From NCBI GenBank assembly GCA_028711115.1, contig JAQTSV010000001.1, positions 902,032 to 966,031 on the forward strand: 64,000 nucleotides of DNA, read 5' to 3'. The stretch's first letter is position 1. The number at the start of each line of letters is the position of its first letter. The stretch comes from Candidatus Omnitrophota bacterium (GTDB lineage: Bacteria; Omnitrophota; Gorgyraeia; Velamenicoccales; JABMQK01). A program made the translations under genes and the position numbers. Positions 47,062 to 55,935 of this stretch are shown one piece after another. Below the pieces are notes generated by a model, which worked only from the letters and a program-made list of their open reading frames with translations, did no database searches and was not told where the DNA came from.

Positions 47062-48486
47062 TTAGTTTTTATTCTTATGTGATTTTAGCCGTTCGAAATC
47101 ATCCTCAAATCTTTCTATATCATCCTCACCCAAGTAACTGCCTGTCTGCACTTCGATAAAAGTGAGTTTGTGATTTTCGTTATTTTCTATTCTGTGTCTT
47201 TGGCCGCGCGGCACATAAATACTCTCGTTACTCTTTACAAAATAAGTTTTATTTCCTATGGTAACTTTTGCAATGCCTTCCACGACTATCCAGTGCTCTG
47301 CGCGTCTTTGATGCAACTGAAGGCTGAGGCGTCTATGCGGCTCAACTTCTACCATTTTGGTTTTGAATCTTCCGGTATCATTCAAAACAAAATACCTCCC
47401 CCATGGTCTATTGACTAATCGTGGAGTCATATACTCAAAACGCTTCCTGGCTTTAAGAATATCTACTACTTCGGAAACTCTTTGTGCCTGTTCTTTGGGA
47501 CAAACTAAAAGCGCATCCGGCGTATCGGCGATAATCATATCTTTCAAACCCATAGCCACTACTAAATGATGACCACCCCAGACTGTAGTATTTTTAGTAT
47601 TTAAGGTTAAGACATCTCCGTAAATGGCATTCTTATTCTTATCACGATTCAGCACAAAATCTATGGTGTTCCAGTTTCCTAAATCTGTCCAGCCGCAATC
47701 CAAAGGCGCAACATATAAGCTGTCTTTACATTTCTCCATAATTCCGTAATCAATGGAAACGCTGTCCAGGGCATTCCATTTTCTTGTAAGCGACTTTTTG
47801 TTTTTCTCACCAAGCACGGAATAAAGTCTAGGCATAAATTTTTTAATCTTTTCTAACAAAACAGAGGCCTTCCAGATAAAAATCCCTCCATTCCAATAGA
47901 CTGTGCCTTGTTTGATAAGATTTTCCGCTAAACCAAGTTTGGGTTTCTCAATAAATTTTTCTACTTTGAAAGCAATCCTTTTCAAAGGCGATACCTTCTT
48001 ATTTATCTTAATGTACCCATAAGCGCTTTCCGCCCGCAAAGGCTTAATACCAAAAATTAACATAGTATTGAGTTTAGCCAATGCAAAAGATTTCTTTAAA
48101 ATAGCTGAGAAGACATTTTCTTTCTTGATAAAATGATCCGCCGGAAAAACAGCCATTACACCGTCGGGGTCTTTTTCTTGGATGATTTTTGCTACCAGCC
48201 CTATAGACGCAGCTGTATTTTTTGGCGAGATTTCTACGATTATATTATCTAAACAAAAACCTAATTCCTTAAGCTGATATCTTATGGCCTCGTCATAATC
48301 CTTATTGGTCACCACGTAAACATTTCGCGCTGGTATAATTTTAGAGATGCGTAAATACGTATGCTGCAAAAGAGAATAATTACCGAATATCTTGAGCAAC
48401 TGCTTTGGTTCTTCCTGCCTGCTCAAAGGCCAGAATCTTATTCCCTTACCACCTGCTAAGATTACTGCGTAATTCATCTTTTTCAC
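47062..48486 (-). CDS. manC: Mannose-1-phosphate guanylyltransferase / mannose-6-phosphate isomerase (bifunctional, type II PMI cupin)
   Basis: AVILAGGKGIRFWPLSR nucleotidyltransferase loop. C-terminal RPWGRY...LQLHQRRAEHWIVVEG...PRGQRHRIEN cupin. Confidence 0.9.
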   Translation of the reverse strand: MKKMNYAVILAGGKGIRFWPLSRQEEPKQLLKIFGNYSLLQHTYLRISKIIPARNVYVVTNKDYDEAIRYQLKELGFCLDNIIVEISPKNTAASIGLVAKIIQEKDPDGVMAVFPADHFIKKENVFSAILKKSFALAKLNTMLIFGIKPLRAESAYGYIKINKKVSPLKRIAFKVEKFIEKPKLGLAENLIKQGTVYWNGGIFIWKASVLLEKIKKFMPRLYSVLGEKNKKSLTRKWNALDSVSIDYGIMEKCKDSLYVAPLDCGWTDLGNWNTIDFVLNRDKNKNAIYGDVLTLNTKNTTVWGGHHLVVAMGLKDMIIADTPDALLVCPKEQAQRVSEVVDILKARKRFEYMTPRLVNRPWGRYFVLNDTGRFKTKMVEVEPHRRLSLQLHQRRAEHWIVVEGIAKVTIGNKTYFVKSNESIYVPRGQRHRIENNENHKLTFIEVQTGSYLGEDDIERFEDDFERLKSHKNKN

Positions 48487-48520
48487 TCCCTTAAATTATA
48501 TTTACGTTGTTAGAACCAAA

Positions 48521-49441
48521 TCATTCTAAACTTGCGATAGCAACGATTTCTCTGTCCTTAGAGCCAAATCGTATATTGTCTAAAATAGACATTATTTCTC
48601 CGTAGATGTGTTTCAGCAGGAAATAAAACTTTTTCTTGTCTGAAGGCACTCTGTAATTTAAATTTTGCCAGGAATTGCCCAGAACCACCTTGGACCTGAA
48701 GTAACAATTTAAAAGATTCCCAATGCTGGCTTGTCCGTCTGTCTTCATAAAGCCTTTTAAACCCGCTTTATCAAATAATAAATTCAGGGTGTCTTTACTA
48801 AAGTAAAAAAGATGCTCAAAAGGTTTTAAGTCTCCAAGGAAACTTTGAATTTTAGAAGAAAGCATAACGCTTTCAACGTTCGGTACTCTGATGTAAATAA
48901 TCCCGTCTTTGGCTAAAAAATTTTTAACCAGTTTTAAATATTCGAGAGGATTTTCAAAATGTTCCAACACATTATCCATCACAATCACATCAAATTTATT
49001 ATTATGTCTGAAATTTGCGATATCAGCCATATAGCAATCTAATCCTTGTTTTCTTGCATATGTTATAGCATTTTCACAAATATCCATGCCTGTGGCATTC
49101 CAGCCCTTAGAAATAAAAAACTCCATCAAAAAACCATAAGAGCATCCGATATCAAACAAGTTGCCCGGCTTTTTCTTATAACGAGAAATCTCTTGGTAGC
49201 ACGCCTTCATTTTATTTTTCCAATAATATTTATTCTTGATAACATAAGGACTGCTCTCATAAATATTATTATATATCGCCTCCAAAGAGCCGACTTGCCT
49301 GATTGTCTGTTGATAGCATAGATTGCATTTCTTACAATGAATGATTACAAAATCTTTGTGATTAATATAAATCTCTGCGCTACTATTATCATCACAAATT
49401 ATACAATTTTTAATTACCATTGTATCTTTATTTGAAATCAA
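48521..49441 (-). CDS. Class I SAM-dependent methyltransferase with N-terminal CxxC...CxxC zinc ribbon
   Basis: CIICDD...CKKCNLCY, then LFDIGCSYGFLMEFF, GMDI, MDNVLEHF, DGIIYIRVPN. Confidence 0.8.
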   Translation of the reverse strand: MISNKDTMVIKNCIICDDNSSAEIYINHKDFVIIHCKKCNLCYQQTIRQVGSLEAIYNNIYESSPYVIKNKYYWKNKMKACYQEISRYKKKPGNLFDIGCSYGFLMEFFISKGWNATGMDICENAITYARKQGLDCYMADIANFRHNNKFDVIVMDNVLEHFENPLEYLKLVKNFLAKDGIIYIRVPNVESVMLSSKIQSFLGDLKPFEHLFYFSKDTLNLLFDKAGLKGFMKTDGQASIGNLLNCYFRSKVVLGNSWQNLNYRVPSDKKKFYFLLKHIYGEIMSILDNIRFGSKDREIVAIASLE

Positions 49442-50879
49442 ATATATGCCCTATGACCTTTTTAAAACCCCTGAAGAAATATTTGATATCATTTGCATCT
49501 CTTATGGACATCATTCTTCTTAGAATAAATTCGGGGTTATAAGCAACGCTATAAATACCGTAAACCAATTCTGACATTTTATTCTTATCAAAAGCAGTTT
49601 TCATGACAGGATTCTTCATATCGTAATCATCCCAGTCTTGGCTTGTCAATTCACCACAGGATTTACATTCTTCAAATAATTTGCTGCCCGGATAAGGTAT
49701 GACTATTGTAGCCTGTACTGTATAGGCAATGCCTTTCTTTAAAAGCCATCTACCCAATTCAAGAGTCTTTAATGCATCTTCGTATGTCTCCCAGGGATAA
49801 CCGAACATTATGGTAATGTGAGGATAAAGCCCTGCTGCCTTTGCCATTTTGCACGACTTAATTATATCTTGGACGTTCAAATTCTTATTTATTTTATCCA
49901 GAGTCTTCTGATTGGCAGATTCAAGGCCGAACAATACCAATCTAAAGCCAGCCTTTTTCATCATCGCGTATTCTTCTTGCCCCAAGACTCCAAATCTCAT
50001 ATTGCAATCAATATTGACTTTTCTGTTAAGCCTTCTATTCATCATGCCTTCACAAAATTCAACAAGCCACTTTCCGACGGGGAAAGTGCCGGTGTCGTCC
50101 ATTATCTCCCTTACCCTGTATTTTTCCACCAACATATCTATTTCGTCGAGAACGCTGACAGGAGTCCTGGCTCTGAATTGCGGATATAACGTCGGCCAAG
50201 AACAGAATTTGCACTTACCCCACCAGCAATCACGCCCGGACATTATATATGTTCCCGGGGTCCTTTTGAAATTGCCGTTCTTGAAGGCGTATAATTTCCA
50301 ATTTGTCAATTCCCTGTCAATAAAAGGTAAACCGTCCAAATTGTGATTTAAAATAAACTGACCGGAGTTTTTAATTTCTGCATTATTCCTATAATATATG
50401 CCTGGCTCAAAACTATCATATGAACCCCCGTCTTTTAAAACACGGCATAAATTAAGCAGAAGGAAGTCGTAGTCGCCGCCGGTTAAAATAAAGTCGACTT
50501 GGGAATTTCGCATTGATTCTTCCGGCAATGCCGTAACATGATCGCCGCACAATACAACTTTAATTTTTGGATTCTGTTTTTTAATCTCGTCTATTATCTT
50601 CCAGTGTTGTTTGACAACAGGCGTCTTTGTTTCCATGGCAATGATATCGGGACTTTCTTTCTGAATAAATTCATAAAACTCGGGTTTTTCTATATTTTTA
50701 GCGATACAGTCTTTCCATAAAATATCAAAACCATCTTCTTTCAATAAAGTAGCTGCACAAGCTGGCACCACAGGATAAATATATGTCGGTTCCTTAAAAT
50801 ATTGAAACTGCCTGTTCTGGGAAAGCAGAGGCGTCCCCTTGGTTTTATCAAGCGGCGGATAGGTAAAGATTATCTTCAT
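49428..50879 (-). CDS. B12-binding-domain radical SAM enzyme, copy 3, with atypical CX4CX2C cluster motif
   Basis: N-terminal B12-like domain (DIIAMETKT, VVLCGDH). The cluster motif reads GRDCWWGKCKFCSW, verified on the DNA at 50202..50228. Confidence 0.7.
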   Translation of the reverse strand: MKIIFTYPPLDKTKGTPLLSQNRQFQYFKEPTYIYPVVPACAATLLKEDGFDILWKDCIAKNIEKPEFYEFIQKESPDIIAMETKTPVVKQHWKIIDEIKKQNPKIKVVLCGDHVTALPEESMRNSQVDFILTGGDYDFLLLNLCRVLKDGGSYDSFEPGIYYRNNAEIKNSGQFILNHNLDGLPFIDRELTNWKLYAFKNGNFKRTPGTYIMSGRDCWWGKCKFCSWPTLYPQFRARTPVSVLDEIDMLVEKYRVREIMDDTGTFPVGKWLVEFCEGMMNRRLNRKVNIDCNMRFGVLGQEEYAMMKKAGFRLVLFGLESANQKTLDKINKNLNVQDIIKSCKMAKAAGLYPHITIMFGYPWETYEDALKTLELGRWLLKKGIAYTVQATIVIPYPGSKLFEECKSCGELTSQDWDDYDMKNPVMKTAFDKNKMSELVYGIYSVAYNPEFILRRMMSIRDANDIKYFFRGFKKVIGHIFDFK

Positions 50880-51832
50880 AGCTCTTCTCTTAATCTAAAC
50901 GATAAAAAACCTTTAATAAAATTTAGCCCGTATGTCAAATGAGTCAATATTGAACCGGCGAATACATAAAAAGATAACTTAAGGCTTTTCTGAATACTGA
51001 AAACAAAAACAAAAAGTAAATAAAAAAGGGGCACATAAAAGAATCTTAAATCTGAAACCAAACCAAGGATTAACGAACCTAAAATAATAGCCGTCATAAT
51101 AGAAGGAATAAAGTATCCGAATTTAAGCGAAGTTTGCGGATAGCGTTTCAAAAAATAACCTCTGTGTGTAGCATAACTGACTATCTGGGAGAGATGTTTC
51201 TTAAAAAGCTGCCTTCTGTGGTGATATACAATAACCGCAGGGTCGTATAATATTCTTTTCTTTAGTTTATGCACAACCTCAAGGCACAAAATCGTATCCT
51301 CGCCAGGCCAAAACTTTGTCTTGAAACCTCCTATCTCTTGGAAAATATTATTTCTTATAAAAAAGTTACACGACGGAAAATCGTCTGTAAAACGCTTTCT
51401 TAAGGGGACATAGCGGAATCTGGCCGGACCACTGATTATCAAAGACTCATACACCTTACCGCTGGCTTTATTCAAAAATGGCTCGTTTTCCGGAGTTACA
51501 GCCGGGCCGCCTACGCAGGCGATTGATTCCTCATTAAAATTTATCACTGCATTCTTTAGCCAATCGGCTGTGGGATAGGTATCATCATCTAAGAAAGCAA
51601 GTATTTCGCCGCTGGCGTTACTGGCACCGATATCTCTTTTTGCAGCTGGCAGGGCCTTACCAGTGGCGATAATTTTTATATGTCTTTCATTATAAACACC
51701 CATCATATCGTCTGGCAGAATAATAACTTCAAAAAAAGGATAATCTAACTTAATGCAATGATCCACGCATTCTTCCAGCAAAGGATTATTCTGTTTTACG
51801 GCAATTATTATGGACACCGAGGGAAATATCAT
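50876..51832 (-). CDS. GT2 glycosyltransferase with C-terminal TM segments
   Basis: VSIIIAVKQNN, FLDDDTYP. C-terminal hydrophobic helices (FIPSIMTAIILGSLILGLV, FYVPLFYLLFVFVF). Confidence 0.7.
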   Translation of the reverse strand: MIFPSVSIIIAVKQNNPLLEECVDHCIKLDYPFFEVIILPDDMMGVYNERHIKIIATGKALPAAKRDIGASNASGEILAFLDDDTYPTADWLKNAVINFNEESIACVGGPAVTPENEPFLNKASGKVYESLIISGPARFRYVPLRKRFTDDFPSCNFFIRNNIFQEIGGFKTKFWPGEDTILCLEVVHKLKKRILYDPAVIVYHHRRQLFKKHLSQIVSYATHRGYFLKRYPQTSLKFGYFIPSIMTAIILGSLILGLVSDLRFFYVPLFYLLFVFVFSIQKSLKLSFYVFAGSILTHLTYGLNFIKGFLSFRLREEL

Positions 51833-51842
51833 ACCTAGACGT

Positions 51843-53255
51843 CTACTGCTCCTGGTTTTTAAACATATTATGTAAAACTAATTTTATGGCATTGAATACT
51901 AACCGCAATTGCTTTATGGATTTTACCCTTCTAATCTGTGAAATTATCTTGCCCGGCCTTAGATAGAATTCCCTGTATGCCCTCTTTTGCCAATAAATTA
52001 TTCTCTGGGGCTCTAAACCTGCCAACCGGTGTACTGGTTTGGTGTATATGCCATAATCATCGTAATTATCGCTTAATAGTAAATTATCTTTTTTCAATTG
52101 CTTATAAACCTCACTACCCGGGTAAGGTTTTAAAATATAGAATTTTGCAAAATCGGGGTCTATCTCTTTAGAAAAATCTATTGTCTCTCTGATAGTATAC
52201 TCTGACTCTCCGGGTAATCCGAATATCAAAAAAGCCCACGTTTCGAAGCCTAATTCTTTAGAAAGCTTGAAGGCTTTTTTTGTTGTCTCAAGAGGTATAT
52301 GTTTTTTGATATTCTTTAAAATTTCGGGATTTGCCGATTCAACGCCGTAACCAACCGTTTTAAAACCTGTTTCCTTCAGTGCCGTCAATATATCCCTATC
52401 TACAAAATCGGCTCGCAAGCCATTCATGAACTGAAAATTTACTTTAATATTCTGGTTTTTTATCTCCCTGCAAAAATCCAGAACTCTTTGCTTTATCAGA
52501 GTAAAGGTATCGTCCGCTATGTGAATTTCTTTTATGCCATTTCTATTAATGAGCTCTTTAATCTCTGCAATTATATTTTTAACGCTTCTTGCGCGAAATC
52601 TCCTGGAAAAAATTTGTTTTACGCAACAAAAAGAACATTCACCCGGACAGCCTCTGGAAGTAATTATTGTAGCGACTGGTAAGTCTGTCGCATCCGGCGG
52701 CATAAAGGCATTGGCATTCTTAATCAGGGCTATGTCTGGAAAAGGAAGCATATCTAAATTATCTATCAAAGGCCGCGCAGCGCATATTGTCGGACGGCCT
52801 TTTTCCTTAAACCAAATGCCCTTGATATTTCTCAAGTTCGGTGAGGGCTGTTCTAATTCCCTGAATAATTCATCAGCCGTTGCCTCCCCTTCGCCTACCA
52901 CGACAATATCAACAGAATCATTTACTATAATTTCTTCCGCGGTTATCGTGGCGTGGATTCCACCTAAAACGACAGGTATATTCTTAATCCCTTTTGATAT
53001 CCTTGCCCACTTTAGGGCATCATTTATTGTGGGCGTAACGCTTGTTATGCCCACGGCAGCGGGGTCAAATTCCTTAAAGACATCTTTAAATTTGTCTTCG
53101 TTTATACCTTCTGTATCAATATCTAATAATCGCACCTCGTGGCCAGAATTCTTTAAAACTGTCCCCACATACAATAAACCTAATGGCGGATAGGCCGGCA
53201 TTAGCTTTATACCGTATACTTTCTCCTGAGAAGGATTAATCAAAAGTATCTTCAT
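51843..53255 (-). CDS. B12-binding-domain radical SAM enzyme (class B), copy 4
   Basis: PLGLLYVGTVL, AVGITS, VLGGIH, then TSRGCPGECSFCC (CX3CX2C). Confidence 0.8.
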   Translation of the reverse strand: MKILLINPSQEKVYGIKLMPAYPPLGLLYVGTVLKNSGHEVRLLDIDTEGINEDKFKDVFKEFDPAAVGITSVTPTINDALKWARISKGIKNIPVVLGGIHATITAEEIIVNDSVDIVVVGEGEATADELFRELEQPSPNLRNIKGIWFKEKGRPTICAARPLIDNLDMLPFPDIALIKNANAFMPPDATDLPVATIITSRGCPGECSFCCVKQIFSRRFRARSVKNIIAEIKELINRNGIKEIHIADDTFTLIKQRVLDFCREIKNQNIKVNFQFMNGLRADFVDRDILTALKETGFKTVGYGVESANPEILKNIKKHIPLETTKKAFKLSKELGFETWAFLIFGLPGESEYTIRETIDFSKEIDPDFAKFYILKPYPGSEVYKQLKKDNLLLSDNYDDYGIYTKPVHRLAGLEPQRIIYWQKRAYREFYLRPGKIISQIRRVKSIKQLRLVFNAIKLVLHNMFKNQEQ

Positions 53256-53998
53256 TATCCAATCTTGTCGTAGTACTTTAAAATATACATCCTGTAAAAT
53301 ATCGCCATTGTGTCAACCCACATTTCAATAATTTCATAAATTCCGATACGATTAAATTCCCTTTTGGAATCAATTATTACAGGCGCCTCGGCAATCTTAT
53401 AGCCCAGGCGATGTGCGTTAACTAAAACTTCCAAATCAAAAGCAAAGGCCTTGACTACAATCTTGGGAAAAACCCTCTTCAGTACCTCGTACTTAAATAA
53501 CTTTAATCCGGTCTGAGTATCTTTTATGGGCAAACCAAACATAATTTTTATTAAGAAGAAATAAACCGAACTTATAATCTTTCTCTGCAAGGGATAATTT
53601 AATACAGAATTAGGATGCCTTTTCGAGCCTATAACTATATCCGCATTATCCAATTTCATAATATCGAAGAAAGTTTCTATCTGGGCGGGGTGCAAATCAA
53701 TATCCGAATCCAGGAATACTACATACTGACCTGTGGCAAGGCGGAAACCCTTCTTCAGCGCTCTTCCCTTGCCGTAATTTTCCATGTTCCTGGTAACTTT
53801 AACATTCGTAAATTTTTCTGATATATTTTTAATTTTCTGCAAGGTATCATCTGTGCTGCCGTCATCAATAACGATGATCTCAAAGTCTAAATTAAATCTT
53901 TTAAATGTATCTATGGTCTCAAGAATATTTCTTTCGATAACCTCTGCTTCATTAAACGCAGGCATAATAACTGAGATTTTTTCTTTTATGTCCATCAT
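53255..53998 (-). CDS. GT2 glycosyltransferase, polyprenyl-phosphate hexose synthase-like (Dpm1/GtrB type)
   Basis: SVIMPAFNEAEVI, VIDDGSTDDT, FLDSDIDL, QTGLKLF. Confidence 0.75.
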   Translation of the reverse strand: MMDIKEKISVIMPAFNEAEVIERNILETIDTFKRFNLDFEIIVIDDGSTDDTLQKIKNISEKFTNVKVTRNMENYGKGRALKKGFRLATGQYVVFLDSDIDLHPAQIETFFDIMKLDNADIVIGSKRHPNSVLNYPLQRKIISSVYFFLIKIMFGLPIKDTQTGLKLFKYEVLKRVFPKIVVKAFAFDLEVLVNAHRLGYKIAEAPVIIDSKREFNRIGIYEIIEMWVDTMAIFYRMYILKYYDKIG

Positions 53999-55935
53999 GC
54001 CTTCTTTTCCTTAAAGCTATACATGCTTCGTAAACCCAAATAAAACACCAACAGCGAAGAAATAAATAATATCGCTATTATTTCAAACAAAGTTTGGTGG
54101 AATAAAATTATGGCGATAATCTGCAAAAGCGAAATTATTAAGACAGAAACAATAAACCGTACATTGCTAAAAGACAGATTGTAAAATATAAAAATGTAAT
54201 CTAAAGCGAACAAGGCCATGGGGAAAATAATCAATCTCACCAAGGGGACACATTCTGCCAGGGCATTCCCGGAAATAACCCTTAAAACAAAACGAGGAAA
54301 GATAAATGTAAACACAATGGCCATAATGCATATTGCCGATACAAAAAATAGACTTTTCTTCAATAAGGGGACTATGTTTTTATTCTGCGTCTTATGCTGG
54401 ATGGTTACGGGAAAAAATACAAGCGCCAATGCGCTAGGAAGAAACAAAAGAATCTTACCGACTGTCTGGACGACAGAATAGATACCGGTATCATAGTCGC
54501 TGAAAAAATGTTTCACAAATATAACATCAGTACTTGTAAAAATAGTATAGGCTATCAAGGATATGCTCACAGGCAGAAAATAACCATAAATATCTTTTAA
54601 TCCAAGGCCGGTTTTATGCCGAACGTAATCCTTTCTATTCATCTTAAATACCCAAGAAGGAATCTGGAACAATGAGAATATGAAAGCAAGCGCTGCTGAG
54701 AGGATAAACCCTAAAAACGCGCCCAACGCCTTAAAGCCCAAAAATACAAGCAATATGCCTATAAAAAACTTACTCAACGACTGAATAATTGAATTGACGG
54801 CGATACCGTTAAAAAGGTGTATTCCCTGCATCGTGCCTATGGTCAATATCGACAAATTGCTAAAAAACATAAATAACGTAGAAAGGTATATAAATGTTTT
54901 GCTGTCTAAATTCAGGAAATTAGCGATATTCGGAGTAAACAATATAAAAATAAAAACAACCGCCAAGTTTATGATTACAATCCTCTTCAAAAAGGCACGA
55001 AATAGCGCCTGGATTTCTTCTTTCTTATCCAATGCCTTAAATTCTGAGAAATATTTTGCCAATACAGTCTGGATAATCACCGTGGGAAGCCCTGACACAA
55101 TAAGAAAAGAAGACATTGAATTCAATATCCCGTAATCCGTATAGCTGAGTTTTCTTATCATGAACAACCAAAATGCCAGGCTGAAAATATTCCCTAAAAG
55201 CGAAGATAAAAATATAATGCTGCCGTGTTTTATGACAGTATCATCCAAAAATAATTTAAGAATATGAAATCCTTCTTTAATCAGGTCTTTAAGGATAAAC
55301 CTGAAAAATCTTATCGTGTCCACGACAGGATTTATCTGGCTCTCCTGGCCTTCATAGATACTTTTTATTTCGGTGGAAGTTATGCGGTAATTCTTCTTGG
55401 CCGCCTGGATGAGGAGCTCCGATTCAATTTCATAATTCGAAGTGGAAAAAATCATATCTTTTAATACAGATTTCTTTATAAAACGAAAACCACACTGACT
55501 ATCTGGAATGTAAGTTTTACAGATGGAAGAAATTATCATAGACATAACTTTATTGGTAATCCAGCGGTGCAGCGGCATATTTTTGGGGTCGTCCATCCTG
55601 TTACCGACAATTATATCGCTGTTACTTTGAGAAAATTCGCGGATAAAATTATCTATGTCCTCCGGGCGGTGCTGGCCATCACCGTCCATTGTAATAATAA
55701 AATCATAGTCTTGGTTTATAACTTTATTGAAACCTGTGCGAAGCGACGCTCCTTTGCCCATATTACGGGTATGACGAATCACCTCGGCGCCTGCCTTCCT
55801 GGCAAACCCTGCAGTATCGTCTCTTGAACCGTCATCCACAACCAAAACGTCCAAACCAAATATCTTAACCTTAGAGATAAGGTTGTGGATAATTTTCGCT
55901 TCATTAAAAGTCGGTATTATTACACAACCTTTCAT
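53995..55935 (-). CDS. Fusion protein: N-terminal Dpm1/GtrB-like GT2 domain plus C-terminal MOP-superfamily polysaccharide flippase (Wzx-like)
   Basis: ORF extends to 55965, but the Met at 55935 (MKGCVIIPTFNEAK) forms an ATGA overlap with the upstream stop. GT2 motifs VVDDGSRDDT, TMDGDGQH, SQCGFRF. From about residue 235 there are about 12 TM helices with polysaccharide-biosynthesis/flippase-like composition. Confidence 0.7.
   Translation of the reverse strand: MKGCVIIPTFNEAKIIHNLISKVKIFGLDVLVVDDGSRDDTAGFARKAGAEVIRHTRNMGKGASLRTGFNKVINQDYDFIITMDGDGQHRPEDIDNFIREFSQSNSDIIVGNRMDDPKNMPLHRWITNKVMSMIISSICKTYIPDSQCGFRFIKKSVLKDMIFSTSNYEIESELLIQAAKKNYRITSTEIKSIYEGQESQINPVVDTIRFFRFILKDLIKEGFHILKLFLDDTVIKHGSIIFLSSLLGNIFSLAFWLFMIRKLSYTDYGILNSMSSFLIVSGLPTVIIQTVLAKYFSEFKALDKKEEIQALFRAFLKRIVIINLAVVFIFILFTPNIANFLNLDSKTFIYLSTLFMFFSNLSILTIGTMQGIHLFNGIAVNSIIQSLSKFFIGILLVFLGFKALGAFLGFILSAALAFIFSLFQIPSWVFKMNRKDYVRHKTGLGLKDIYGYFLPVSISLIAYTIFTSTDVIFVKHFFSDYDTGIYSVVQTVGKILLFLPSALALVFFPVTIQHKTQNKNIVPLLKKSLFFVSAICIMAIVFTFIFPRFVLRVISGNALAECVPLVRLIIFPMALFALDYIFIFYNLSFSNVRFIVSVLIISLLQIIAIILFHQTLFEIIAILFISSLLVFYLGLRSMYSFKEKKA

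Noticed and set aside
52534-53193. Long plus-strand ORFs, for example 52534..53193 (219 aa), 26309..26848 (179 aa), 49912..50346 (144 aa), 40388..40807 (139 aa) and 19237..19641 (134 aa).
   Set aside because: All lie fully antisense to well-supported minus-strand genes. They are Ser/Leu/Ile/Phe-rich, have no recognisable motifs, and lack plausible RBS contexts. I read them as shadow ORFs produced by the codon bias of the opposite strand.
40797-53255. Interpretation of the radical SAM plus methyltransferase genes as a RiPP (peptide natural product) cluster, by analogy with polytheonamide or bottromycin-type B12 radical SAM methylases.
   Set aside because: There is no room for a precursor peptide gene. 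The intergenic gaps in this stretch are only 10-62 nt. I recognised no protease, cyclodehydratase, RRE-type or peptide-exporter genes. Instead the neighbours are GT2s, ManC, an SDR and a flippase, which favours a glycan or lipid substrate.
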